From positions 3,760 through 67,759 of the forward strand of contig SXYT01000076.1 in assembly GCA_005788205.1 (NCBI GenBank): a stretch of DNA of 64,000 nt, given 5' to 3'. Source of the stretch: Actinomycetota bacterium (GTDB lineage: Bacteria > Actinomycetota > Acidimicrobiia > Acidimicrobiales > Ilumatobacteraceae). The position numbers and the translations under genes are program-made. Below are positions 36,723 through 45,695 of the stretch, one piece after another. Every line of letters starts with the position of its first letter. Position 1 is the stretch's first letter. The notes below the pieces were generated by a model. The model was not told the DNA's origin, searched no databases, and was given only the letters and a program-made list of their open reading frames with translations.

Positions 36723-38696
36723 ATGGCCGATATTGCTGTTCAACTGCCTGACGGTTCGCGTCGCGAGGTTCCCGCAGGATCCACTGTGCGCGACGTTGCT
36801 GCCGGCATCGGCTCGCGCCTCGTGAAGGCCGCCCTCGCGGGCGTGGTGAACGGCGCCGAGGTCGACCTCGGGGTCCACGTGGGTGACGGCGACTCGGTGG
36901 CGATCATCACCGCCGACTCCGAGGCCGGGCGTCATGTGCTGCGCCACTCGACTGCGCACGTCCTTGCCCAGGCTGTCGTGCAGTTGTTCCAGGGGGCCCA
37001 ATTCTCGATCGGTCCTGCCATCGAGGACGGCTTCTACTACGACTTCGAGCTTCCCGGCGGCCGGACGTTCTCGGAGGACGACCTCGCTGCCATCGAGACC
37101 CGCATGCGCGAGATCATGAAGGCCGACCAACCGTTCCTGCGTCTCGAGGTCCCGGCGGCCGAGGCCCTCGTTCTCTTCGCGGCACAGAAATACAAGTGCG
37201 AGATCATCGAACGGGTCACCAGCGGGTCTGCTGACGGTGACGACTCGGGCGAGGTGGGCGACGCGGGGATCATCAGCGTCTACCGCAACACCGACGAGTT
37301 CGTCGACCTGTGTCGCGGACCGCACGTGCCGTCCACCGGTCGCCTCGGCCACTTTGCGCTGCAGAAGGTGGCGGGGGCGTACTGGCGCGGCAACGAGAAG
37401 GGTCCGATGCTGCAGCGCATCTACGGGACCGCATGGGAGTCCGATGCCGCGCTGAAGGAGCACCTGCACCGCCTCGAGGAGGCGGCCAAGCGCGACCACC
37501 GCCGTCTTGCGAACGAGCTGGACCTCCTGTCGTTCCCTTCCGAGCTCGGCGGGGGTCTTGCTGTGTGGCACCCGAAGGGGGCCATCGCGCGCAAGCTGAT
37601 GGAGGACTACAGCCGCCAGCGCCACCAGGACGGCGGGTACCAGTTCGTGTACACGCCGCACCTCGCCAACGCGAACCTGTTCCACACCTCCGGCCACCTG
37701 GACTTCTACGCGGACGGCATGTACCCGCCGATGGAAATGGACAACGGCACGTACTACATGAAGCCGATGAACTGCCCGATGCACTGCCTCGTCTTCGACA
37801 GCCGCCAGCGCAGCTACCGCGAGCTTCCCCTGCGTCTGTTCGAACTGGGCAACGTGTACCGCTACGAGCGTGCCGGCACCCTGCACGGACTGATGCGCAT
37901 CCGCGGGTTCACCCAGGACGACAGCCACATCTTCTGCACGGAGGAGCAGCTCGCCGAGGAGATCGCCTCGCTGCTCGACTTCGTGATGAGCGTGCTGCGG
38001 CGGTTCGGCTTCACCGACTTCACTGCGAACCTCAGCACCAAGGACCCGTTGAAGTACGTCGGCACCGACGACATGTGGGAGAAGGCCACAGAGGCGCTCG
38101 CAGCAGCGCTCGGCCGTTTCGGCCTGGACTACGGCATCAAGGAGGGTGACGCCGCCTTCTACGGTCCGAAGATCGACATCGACGTGCGCGACGCGATCGG
38201 GCGCAAGTGGCAGCTGAGCACGATCCAGCTCGATTTCAACCAGCCGGAGAGGTTCAAGCTGGAGTACATCGCCCCGGATGGCTCCCGTAGGCGGCCCGTG
38301 ATGCTTCACCGCGCGCTGTTCGGCTCCGTTGAGCGTTTCTTCGGCGTGCTTCTCGAGCACTACGCAGGCGCGTTCCCCACGTGGATGGCGCCTGTGCAGG
38401 TGAAGGTGCTGCCGGTGGCGCAGGCCCATGCGGAGTATGCGGCGCAGGTGGCCGCGGAACTCCGGCGCTCCGGCTTCCGTGCCGAGACCATCGACTCCGA
38501 CGAGCAACTGGGCAAGCGCATCCGCAACGCCAAGCTCGACAAGGTGCCGTACGTGCTCGTCGTCGGTGACGATGACGTCGCGGGTGCGACGGTTGGCGTG
38601 AACCCGCGGGGCGGAGACGTGGAACGAGGGGTGCGCCTGGGTTCGTTCGTCGAGCGAATCACCGCTGACGTGTCCGCAGGGCTGACAGATGAGTGA
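36723..38696 (+). CDS. thrS: Threonine-tRNA ligase
   Basis: TGS domain, RHSTAH, DLCRGPH, KPMNCP, YRYERAG, AAFYGPKID, HRALFGS. Confidence 0.98.
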   Translation: MADIAVQLPDGSRREVPAGSTVRDVAAGIGSRLVKAALAGVVNGAEVDLGVHVGDGDSVAIITADSEAGRHVLRHSTAHVLAQAVVQLFQGAQFSIGPAIEDGFYYDFELPGGRTFSEDDLAAIETRMREIMKADQPFLRLEVPAAEALVLFAAQKYKCEIIERVTSGSADGDDSGEVGDAGIISVYRNTDEFVDLCRGPHVPSTGRLGHFALQKVAGAYWRGNEKGPMLQRIYGTAWESDAALKEHLHRLEEAAKRDHRRLANELDLLSFPSELGGGLAVWHPKGAIARKLMEDYSRQRHQDGGYQFVYTPHLANANLFHTSGHLDFYADGMYPPMEMDNGTYYMKPMNCPMHCLVFDSRQRSYRELPLRLFELGNVYRYERAGTLHGLMRIRGFTQDDSHIFCTEEQLAEEIASLLDFVMSVLRRFGFTDFTANLSTKDPLKYVGTDDMWEKATEALAAALGRFGLDYGIKEGDAAFYGPKIDIDVRDAIGRKWQLSTIQLDFNQPERFKLEYIAPDGSRRRPVMLHRALFGSVERFFGVLLEHYAGAFPTWMAPVQVKVLPVAQAHAEYAAQVAAELRRSGFRAETIDSDEQLGKRIRNAKLDKVPYVLVVGDDDVAGATVGVNPRGGDVERGVRLGSFVERITADVSAGLTDE

Positions 38697-39219
38697 ACTG
38701 GGCCTCGACCGACTGTGGAACGGGTGGAGATCCTCCTATGTGCAGGGTTTCAATGACTCGTCCGGTGACGATGCCACATCCGTGTTCTCCCGGATTCTCG
38801 CGTCAGGGGCGAGCGACGAGGAGGCACACATCGTGCACCGCGGCCGCACGTGCTTCGTGATCCTCAACGCGTTCCCCTATTCCACCGGGCACATGCTCGT
38901 CCTGCCATTCCGCGAGTTCGCCGACCTCGAGGACGCGACAACGGAGGAGTCCGGTGAACTGTGGGCCACAGTCACCGCGGGTGTGCGCGCCGTGAAGAAG
39001 TCGCACAAGCCCCACGCGCTGAACGTGGGCATCAATCTCGGGGCACCGGCAGGCGGGAGCATCGCACAGCACCTGCATGTGCACATCGTGCCGCGGTGGG
39101 AGGGGGACGCGAACTTCATGACGTCCGTCGCGAACACGCGCACGCTGCCCGAACCGCTGGAGGAAACTGCTGCGCGGATCCGTGCGGCATGGGATTCGAC
39201 CAAGGAGGGCGCCCGATGA
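38689..39219 (+). CDS. HIT domain protein (Ap4A phosphorylase-like)
   Basis: LNAFPYSTGH, HLHVHIVPRW; conserved position after thrS. Confidence 0.92.
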   Translation: MSELGLDRLWNGWRSSYVQGFNDSSGDDATSVFSRILASGASDEEAHIVHRGRTCFVILNAFPYSTGHMLVLPFREFADLEDATTEESGELWATVTAGVRAVKKSHKPHALNVGINLGAPAGGSIAQHLHVHIVPRWEGDANFMTSVANTRTLPEPLEETAARIRAAWDSTKEGAR

Positions 39220-39719
39220 GCGACGAGATCCGCGACCAACTGCCGGAGGACCTGAACGCCGCCGATTTCGCCGGGGCGTACGAATTCCCCGACAACAGCA
39301 GGCGCCGCATCCCCGGTTACATCTACGCGGCGCTCGCGCTCGCGGCGGCTGCCGTGTGGGCGACGAAGGACAGGGACGCATCGGTCATCGTGAACGACGG
39401 TGCCCTCCTCGGCGCAGGAATCCTCGGGTTCGCGGCACTGATGAGTTTCGCGAGCGGTTGGCGGATGACCGTCGACGAGAAGGAGGCTCTCGTGAGGGCC
39501 ACCGCGAGCGTCGGCTTCGTGACGGGACACGCGTCCGCCCAGCAGGTGTGGCGCGGACTGCGGTCCAGGCCCACGTGGCGCATCTTCTGCTACAGCGCCG
39601 AGGAACCGCCGCTGCAGCGCGGCCTGGTGATGGTGGACGCTGTGGACGGCCGCGTCGTCGAGGTGCTCGTGGAGGCGAACCCCGATGCATCGCCCAACGG
39701 CGGAGCCACGGCGAAGTAG
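39216..39719 (+). CDS. Hypothetical membrane protein (2 TM) with PepSY-like C-terminus
   Basis: AAGGAGG RBS, ATGA overlap with HIT; two hydrophobic segments; VDEKEALVRA...PTWRI...VMVDAVDGRVVE. Confidence 0.7.
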   Translation: MSDEIRDQLPEDLNAADFAGAYEFPDNSRRRIPGYIYAALALAAAAVWATKDRDASVIVNDGALLGAGILGFAALMSFASGWRMTVDEKEALVRATASVGFVTGHASAQQVWRGLRSRPTWRIFCYSAEEPPLQRGLVMVDAVDGRVVEVLVEANPDASPNGGATAK

Positions 39720-39729
39720 CGTTCCGACG

Positions 39730-40434
39730 ATGTTCGACGGCAGGTTCAGGGCGCCCATCGAGCGTCTCGTGCGTCCTGTGGGCATGCTCCTGCGGCGGAC
39801 GGGGATGTCGCCGGACCACATGACGATCATCGGGGTGCTCGTCTCCGTCGGGGCGGCATTCGCAGTCGGTGCGGGGGCGCTGCGGGTGGGGCTGTTGCTC
39901 GTCATCCTCGCGGCGGTGCCCGACATGCTCGACGGAGCGCTCGCGAAGGCCCAGAACTCTGCCAGCCAGCGCGGCGCCTTCTTCGACTCGGTGATTGACC
40001 GCGTCACCGACTCGATCCTCCTCGGAGGAGTGGCCTGGTACTTCGCCTCGGAGAAGAGCGCGCACCTGTCGATACTCCCGATGGCCGTGATGGGGGTCTC
40101 ATCTCTCATCTCGTACGAGCGTGCGAAGGCGGAGTCCCTCGGTCTCGACGCCAAGGGCGGTCTCATGGAGCGCGCCGAGCGCATCATCGTGCTGTGCTTC
40201 GGTCTCCTGTTCGACAATCTCCTCGTCCCGGTCATGTGGGTGATGCTCGTGCTCACCACGGCAACCGCCGTGCAGCGTTTCGTGAAGGTGTGGCGGCAGG
40301 CGGAGGTCTCGGCAACCGTCCAGGCGCGCCGCGACCGGCGGCAGGTGCGCCGCGTGACTCGCCCGAGCCCGCGCGCCAACCGCCGGACGCTCTCCGTGTC
40401 CTCAAGGCAGCGGCGCCGCACCAGGCATGGCTGA
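39730..40434 (+). CDS. pgsA: CDP-alcohol phosphatidyltransferase (phosphatidylinositol phosphate synthase)
   Basis: DMLDGALAK...GAFFDSVIDRVTD signature, SYERAKAE, GLMERAER; PIM operon context. Confidence 0.9.
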   Translation: MFDGRFRAPIERLVRPVGMLLRRTGMSPDHMTIIGVLVSVGAAFAVGAGALRVGLLLVILAAVPDMLDGALAKAQNSASQRGAFFDSVIDRVTDSILLGGVAWYFASEKSAHLSILPMAVMGVSSLISYERAKAESLGLDAKGGLMERAERIIVLCFGLLFDNLLVPVMWVMLVLTTATAVQRFVKVWRQAEVSATVQARRDRRQVRRVTRPSPRANRRTLSVSSRQRRRTRHG

Positions 40435-41359
40435 CCCCATCGGCGACCTCACCGGCGCGCTCACCGTGGGCGGCTACAAGGTGGGTTCTCTCGTCGCCCG
40501 CCTGACCCCGGGGTTCGTCGCCCAGGGCACCGTGTCGCTCCTTGCGCCCGGCATCGCCCTGTCGCTGCGGGAGAAGCGCGGGATGTTCGAGCGGCACCTG
40601 CGCAGGATCAACCCGACGATCTCGCGGTTCGCCCTCCGCCAGATGTCCCAGCAGGCGTTCGACAGTTACATGCGCTACTACGCCGAGAGCTTCCGGCTCC
40701 CGTCGCTCAGCAAGCGCCACGTCGACCGAATGTTCACGGTGGACGGGTTCCACCACATCGAAGAGGGTCTCGCCCGCGGCAAGGGGGTCATCCTGGCTCT
40801 GCCCCACCTCGGCGGGTGGGAGTGGGCCGGACGCTGGATGGCCGACAGGGGGCACCGGATGACAGTCATCGTGGAGCCCCTGCACCCGCCCGAGCTGTTC
40901 GAGTGGTTCGCCGACCTCAGGCGCAGTCTCGGGATGAACGTTGTTCCCCTCGGGCCGGACGCGGCACCGGCAGTCCTGTCTGCGCTGCGTGCCAACGAGA
41001 TCGTCTGCCTTCTCTGCGACCGCGACATCCAGGGTGGAGGGGTGGACGTGTCGTTCTTCGGGGAGCGCACCACCCTGCCGGCGGGGCCCGCGATGCTCGG
41101 GCTGCGCGGCGGCGCCACCGTGCTGCCGACCGCCGTCTACTTCACGTCCAAGGTGGACGGTCATCACGCAATCGTGCGCCCACCGCTGCCGATGGACCGC
41201 ACAGGTGGTCTCCGCGAGTCGGTTGCGTCGATCACACAGTTGCTCGCGGGCGAGCTCGAGTGGCTGATCCGGCGTGCCCCCGAGCAGTGGCACTTGTTCC
41301 AACCGAACTGGCCGAGCGACCCCGGCTACGGAGTCGACAGGGCAGCGGGCGGGGACTGA
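40427..41359 (+). CDS. patA: Phosphatidylinositol mannoside acyltransferase
   Basis: ALPHLGGWEWAG, LLCDRD, PAGPAML, PEQWHLFQPNW. Confidence 0.9.
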   Translation: MADPIGDLTGALTVGGYKVGSLVARLTPGFVAQGTVSLLAPGIALSLREKRGMFERHLRRINPTISRFALRQMSQQAFDSYMRYYAESFRLPSLSKRHVDRMFTVDGFHHIEEGLARGKGVILALPHLGGWEWAGRWMADRGHRMTVIVEPLHPPELFEWFADLRRSLGMNVVPLGPDAAPAVLSALRANEIVCLLCDRDIQGGGVDVSFFGERTTLPAGPAMLGLRGGATVLPTAVYFTSKVDGHHAIVRPPLPMDRTGGLRESVASITQLLAGELEWLIRRAPEQWHLFQPNWPSDPGYGVDRAAGGD

Positions 41360-41397
41360 CGGGTCGGCCGGGGCCGGCACCGCCACTGACAACGTCC

Positions 41398-41465
41398 CGT
41401 TCACCGCGGGTGTGCCCCACGTTCACCGGTGCTGGGTACAATCAGGTGCGCCTAAACGACGCACC
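41398..41465 (+). promoter_or_regulatory. Promoter of the ars cassette
   Basis: -10 TACAAT 41437-41442; CGTTCACCG direct repeats at 41398 and 41420; GGTGCG-N9-CGCACC inverted repeat 41445-41465. Confidence 0.5.
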
Positions 41466-41485
41466 AACCACTTACGGGAGAGCTC

Positions 41486-41938
41486 ATGTCGCGGATCCAA
41501 CTGGCACTGAACGTGGGGAACCTCGCCGAGGCAATCGAGCACTACACCAAGATGTTCGGTGTCGGCCCGGCCAAGGTCAGGGACGGTTATGCCAACTTCG
41601 CGGTGGCCGACCCTCCACTCAAGTTGGTCCTCATCGAGGGGCACGGCGAACCCGGGACCCTGAACCACCTGGGTGTCGAGCTCGGTTCCACGGATGAGGT
41701 GGCCGCCAAGATCGAGCAATCGCGCGACCTCGGGTTCGACATCACCGTGCAGGACGAGACCACCTGTTGTTTCTCGGTGCAGGACAAGGTCTGGATCAAC
41801 GACGGCGAGGTGCCGTGGGAGTGGTACGCGGTCCTCGAGGACGCCCCGCAGGACACCTCGCTCGTGCGCCTCGGCGCCAAGCCGCTCATCATTGTCGAGG
41901 GCAGTGGCAACGTGTGTGCCCCGGGCGGGTGCTGTTGA
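41486..41938 (+). CDS. arsI: ArsI/CadI family VOC metalloenzyme (C-As lyase-like)
   Basis: MSRIQLALNV, PAKVRDGYANF, LNHLGVE, TTCCFSVQDKVW, WEWY, C-terminal CC. Confidence 0.88.
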   Translation: MSRIQLALNVGNLAEAIEHYTKMFGVGPAKVRDGYANFAVADPPLKLVLIEGHGEPGTLNHLGVELGSTDEVAAKIEQSRDLGFDITVQDETTCCFSVQDKVWINDGEVPWEWYAVLEDAPQDTSLVRLGAKPLIIVEGSGNVCAPGGCC

Positions 41939-42582
41939 AACGTCAACTCGGCGAGTTCCTCGGCACGGGCCTCCTCGTGATGGCTGTTGTCGGGTCGGGA
42001 ATCATGGCCACCAACCTCACGGACGACGTGGGGCTCCAGTTGCTCGCCAACGCCGTGGCAACAGGAGGGGCACTCTTTGCGCTCATCACCGTGTTCGCCC
42101 CGGTGTCCGGTGCGTCATTCAATCCCGTGGTCTCGGTCATCAGCCATCTCCTCGACGGCCGGGGCAGTGTGAGGGTCCTCGTCGCTGATATCGCGGCACA
42201 GTTCGGCGGTGCAGTCGCGGGTTGCTGGGTTGCGAACGCCATGTTCTCCCGGCCGTGGCTCGAGACGTCCTCGAAAATCCGCGACGGTGGCCCGCAGTGG
42301 TTCGCCGAGGCTGTCGCTGTGGTCGGTCTGGTGCTCGTGATCAGGGGTGGCACCGCCGCGCGGGCGAACGTGGCGGCGATTGTTGCCGCCTGGATCACCG
42401 GTGCCTATTGGTTCACCTCCTCCACGAGCATCGCGAACCCTGCAGTGGCAGTCGGGAGGATGTTCTCTGATTCCTTCGCAGGCATCTCCCCGGGGTCAAC
42501 GCCGATGTTCGTGGTGATGCAGGTGGCGGGCGGGGCTGTGGCGCTCGGGCTGTCAGCCGTGCTCTTCGGCCGGGGCGCCTGA
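41929..42582 (+). CDS. aqpS: AqpS-like MIP/aquaporin channel (arsenite-conducting clade)
   Basis: EFLGTGLLVMAVVGSGIMA, SGASFNPVVS, AYWFTSSTSIANPAV; start uncertain (GTG 41929 or TTG 41935). Confidence 0.85.
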   Translation: MLLKRQLGEFLGTGLLVMAVVGSGIMATNLTDDVGLQLLANAVATGGALFALITVFAPVSGASFNPVVSVISHLLDGRGSVRVLVADIAAQFGGAVAGCWVANAMFSRPWLETSSKIRDGGPQWFAEAVAVVGLVLVIRGGTAARANVAAIVAAWITGAYWFTSSTSIANPAVAVGRMFSDSFAGISPGSTPMFVVMQVAGGAVALGLSAVLFGRGA

Positions 42583-42968
42583 TGCCGGGCATCCTGTTCC
42601 TGTGCGTGCACAACGCCGGGAGGTCCCAGATGGCAGCGGGCTTCGCGCGACATGCAGGGGCGGGCCGGGTCGAGGTGTTCTCGGGTGGCTCAGAGCCGGC
42701 TGACACCGTCAATCCGGCGGCTGTGGCCGTGATGGCAGAGGTCGGAGTCGACATCGCCGCCCACGTGCCGCAGAGGTTCACCGACGACCTCCTCTCGAGA
42801 GTCGACGTGGTCGTCACCATGGGATGCGGGGACACGTGCCCCTACGTCCCGGGGAAGCGCTACCTGGACTGGACGCTTGATGACCCGAAGGGCCGTCCGG
42901 TCGAAGAGGTCAGGCGGATCCGTGACGAGATCCGGTCGTTGGTCGATGACCTCGTCGCTCAGCTGTAG
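42582..42968 (+). CDS. arsC: Arsenate reductase, LMW-PTP fold, three-Cys type
   Basis: LFLCVHNAGRSQMA, TMGCGDTCP, LDDPKG; TGATG coupling to the MIP gene. Confidence 0.92.
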   Translation: MPGILFLCVHNAGRSQMAAGFARHAGAGRVEVFSGGSEPADTVNPAAVAVMAEVGVDIAAHVPQRFTDDLLSRVDVVVTMGCGDTCPYVPGKRYLDWTLDDPKGRPVEEVRRIRDEIRSLVDDLVAQL

Positions 42969-43873
42969 GCGGCGAAGAGCTCGCCGATCGCCTTTGCCTG
43001 GCCGCCCGACGTCGATGACATGACGGCAATCGGGTGCACGCCGGTCGCGGCCCACTCTGCCAGCCTGTCGCGCACGCGCCCTGCGGGTCCGCTGATGGTG
43101 CAGTCGTCGAGCCACGCGTCCGTCATCAGCCCCGTGACCTTGTCCCTGTCTCCTGCGTCGAGCGCCGCCTCGATGGCGTCCATTTCCGCGGCGTACCCTG
43201 CGGCCCGCCAGTAGTTGCGGTAGTTGGGCAGGGACACGTAGCCGGTCAGCGTCTTGCGGTTGACAGCCCGCGCAGCCTCGATGTCGTCGTCGATGACGGT
43301 GGGGACCATGTTCGACATGAAGAACCCCTCCTTCGCGCGGGTGGCCGGGACCTGGGTCAGCTGGGCATCCACGTGGCTTAGCGACGCGTTGGCCCAGATG
43401 GCGCCCTCGGAGATCTCTGCCGCGAGCTCGAGCATCTTGTTTCGCAGCGTCGCCAGGAACACGGGCGGCAACTGACCGCCGAAGCGCTCGTTCGCGCGCA
43501 TCGCCTCGACGTAGTGACGGATGTCGGAGAGGGGCTTGCCGGTCTCGACCCCGAGCCGAGAGGTGACCGGGCCGTGGCTCACGCCGACACCGAACCTGAA
43601 GCGGCCGCCCGACATCTCGTGGATGTGGGCAGCAGTGTTCGCGGCCTCCACCGGGTGGCTGTAGTAGATCGGCTGGATGGAAGTCCAGTACGGGATCGTG
43701 CTGGTCTCGTGGGCGAGTGACACGCACAGTCCCATGGTGCCGCCCAGGCTCGGGCAGGCGATCCCCGAGAACCCCCGTGCCTCAGCCTCGCGTGCGATGT
43801 CGAGCATGGCGCGCCTCTTGCCGGCGGTGGCAACGATCGAGAGTGCAGGGCGGAAGGACGCTTCTTCGGGCAT
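42959..43873 (-). CDS. LLM class flavin/F420-dependent oxidoreductase
   Basis: AREAEARGF, SGGRFRFGVGVSH, PVFLATLRNKMLELAAEISEG, LPNYRNYW; ATG at 43873. Confidence 0.85.
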   Translation of the reverse strand: MPEEASFRPALSIVATAGKRRAMLDIAREAEARGFSGIACPSLGGTMGLCVSLAHETSTIPYWTSIQPIYYSHPVEAANTAAHIHEMSGGRFRFGVGVSHGPVTSRLGVETGKPLSDIRHYVEAMRANERFGGQLPPVFLATLRNKMLELAAEISEGAIWANASLSHVDAQLTQVPATRAKEGFFMSNMVPTVIDDDIEAARAVNRKTLTGYVSLPNYRNYWRAAGYAAEMDAIEAALDAGDRDKVTGLMTDAWLDDCTISGPAGRVRDRLAEWAATGVHPIAVMSSTSGGQAKAIGELFAAYS

Positions 43874-43891
43874 GCCAGTACCGTACTCCCC
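43874..43891. promoter_or_regulatory. Bidirectional leaderless promoter shared by the LLM gene and pimA
   Basis: 18-bp gap between divergent ATGs; TACCGT (+, 43879-43884) and TACGGT (-, 43885-43880) overlap inside near-palindrome AGTACCGTACT. Confidence 0.7.
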
Positions 43892-45052
43892 ATGCTGCGT
43901 GTGGGAATGGTGTGCCCGTACAGCCTGACCATCCCGGGTGGGGTGCAGCAACAGGTGCTCGGGCTCGCCCGCGCGATGAGGGCCCAGGGTCACGAGGTGC
44001 GCGTGCTGGGGCCGTGCGACGGCCCGCCGCCGGAGTCGTTCGTGACCCCACTCGGCAACAGTCTCCCCACTGCGGTCAACGGCTCCGTGGCACCGCTCGC
44101 GCCGGATGTGCCCGCGGCGCTGCGCACGATCCGGGCGCTGAACGACGAGGCTTTCGACGTTCTCCACGTCCACGAGCCGCTCGTCCCGGGTCCGTCGTTG
44201 TCGGCCGTCCTGATGAAGCTCGCGCCGATCGTTGCCACTTTCCACTCGGCAGGTGACTCCGCCGCCTATCGCGTGTTCAACCGGCAGCTGACGCGGATCG
44301 CCTCGCGCATCGACATCCGGGTGGCGGTCTCGAAGGATGCCGTGGAACTGGCCCAGCGCTATGTCGCTGGTGAGTACGAGGTCCTGTTCAACGGGATCGA
44401 GCTCAGTGCTTACTCCGGTGCGGAACTCCCGAGGGAGAACGCCGTGTTCTTCGTCGGTCGTCACGAGCCACGAAAGGGCCTCGGCGTGCTTCTGGGGGCC
44501 CTCGAGCACCTTCCGGGCGACGTCTCTCTCTGGGTGGCCTCCGACGGGCCCGAGACGGCGGAACTGAGGAGTCGCTTCGGCGGGGACAAGCGGGTCGAGT
44601 GGCTCGGCCGCATCAGCGAGGCCGAGAAGGTCGACCGACTGAAGCGGGCACGGGTTTTCTGCGCCCCTTCGCTGCGCGGTGAGTCGTTCGGGGTCGTGCT
44701 CCTGGAGGCGATGGCGGCCGGCACGCCGGTGGTGGCGAGCGACATCGATGGGTACACGAACGTGGCCACCCATGACGTCGACGCACTCCTCGTGGAGCCC
44801 GGGGACGGGAAGGCGCTCGCAGCGGCGATCGCGCGGGTGATGGTGGACCCACGGCTTGCTGCCCGGCTCGTCGCCGCCGGGACCGCGCGCTCGATGGACT
44901 ACTCGATGGACACTCTCGCGGCTCACTATGTCGGTCTCTACGAGCGCGCGCTGAGGATGGAGGAAGCCGACCCGACCGTTGTGGAGGTGCCCCGTATGCT
45001 GAGACCCCTCAAGCACCGTTTCGTGCGGCGCCCGAGGATCCGCAGGGACTGA
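43892..45052 (+). CDS. pimA: GT4 phosphatidylinositol alpha-mannosyltransferase PimA
   Basis: VCPYSLTIPGGVQ, NGSVA, LHVHEP, EPRKG, GESFGVVLLEAMAAG. Confidence 0.85.
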   Translation: MLRVGMVCPYSLTIPGGVQQQVLGLARAMRAQGHEVRVLGPCDGPPPESFVTPLGNSLPTAVNGSVAPLAPDVPAALRTIRALNDEAFDVLHVHEPLVPGPSLSAVLMKLAPIVATFHSAGDSAAYRVFNRQLTRIASRIDIRVAVSKDAVELAQRYVAGEYEVLFNGIELSAYSGAELPRENAVFFVGRHEPRKGLGVLLGALEHLPGDVSLWVASDGPETAELRSRFGGDKRVEWLGRISEAEKVDRLKRARVFCAPSLRGESFGVVLLEAMAAGTPVVASDIDGYTNVATHDVDALLVEPGDGKALAAAIARVMVDPRLAARLVAAGTARSMDYSMDTLAAHYVGLYERALRMEEADPTVVEVPRMLRPLKHRFVRRPRIRRD

Positions 45053-45120
45053 ACATCGTTCCTGCGGTGCCGGTCCCCGTCGCCCGGGGCCGGGCAGACT
45101 GAACACGAGGAGGAAACACC

Positions 45121-45666
45121 ATGGAGATCGCACTCATCATCGTGGCGGCACTGGTCGTCATCGGCGTGCTGCTCTACAACTCGCTCATCCAGCGACGCAA
45201 CCGCGTCGACAATGCGTGGTCACAGATCGACGTGCAGCTGAAGCGCCGGCTCGACCTGATCCCGAATCTCGTCGAGACCGTCAAGGGTTATGCGGAGCAC
45301 GAGAAGTCGACTTTCGATGCCGTCATCTCGGCGCGACAGGCAGCCATGGCGGCCCCGGCGACGCCTTCGGCGCAGGCGGGCGCCTCGAACGCGGTGACGG
45401 GCGCGCTGCGCCAGTTGTTCGCCCTCTCCGAGGCCTACCCCGACCTGAAGGCCAACGCGAACTTCCTGGCCCTCCAGGAGGAACTGACCTCGACCGAGAG
45501 CAGGGTGGCCTACGCCCGCCAGTTCTACAACGACGAGGTCCTCGGCCTGAACAATGCCATCCAGAAGATCCCCGGTCTTTTCGTTGCCCGGCTCGCCGGG
45601 ATCGGCCCGCGCGACTACTTCGACGCAGAGCCTGCGGCGGACAACCCGCCCAAAGTCCAGTTCTGA
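45121..45666 (+). CDS. lemA: LemA family protein
   Basis: NAWSQIDVQLKRRLDLIPNLVETVKGYA, EAYPDLKANANFL; GAGGAGG RBS. Confidence 0.95.
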   Translation: MEIALIIVAALVVIGVLLYNSLIQRRNRVDNAWSQIDVQLKRRLDLIPNLVETVKGYAEHEKSTFDAVISARQAAMAAPATPSAQAGASNAVTGALRQLFALSEAYPDLKANANFLALQEELTSTESRVAYARQFYNDEVLGLNNAIQKIPGLFVARLAGIGPRDYFDAEPAADNPPKVQF

Positions 45667-45695
45667 GCCCCGGGCCTTCGTAGGCTCGGGTTCCC

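Noticed and set aside
41360..43873. ars/LLM block as an active mobile element
   Set aside because: No transposase, integrase, att sites or terminal repeats, and composition resembles the flanks
45047..45105. GACTGAACA direct repeat around a GC hairpin before lemA as a target-site duplication
   Set aside because: Only about 40 bp enclosed, no second copy in the window; more simply a terminator-like stem plus promoter
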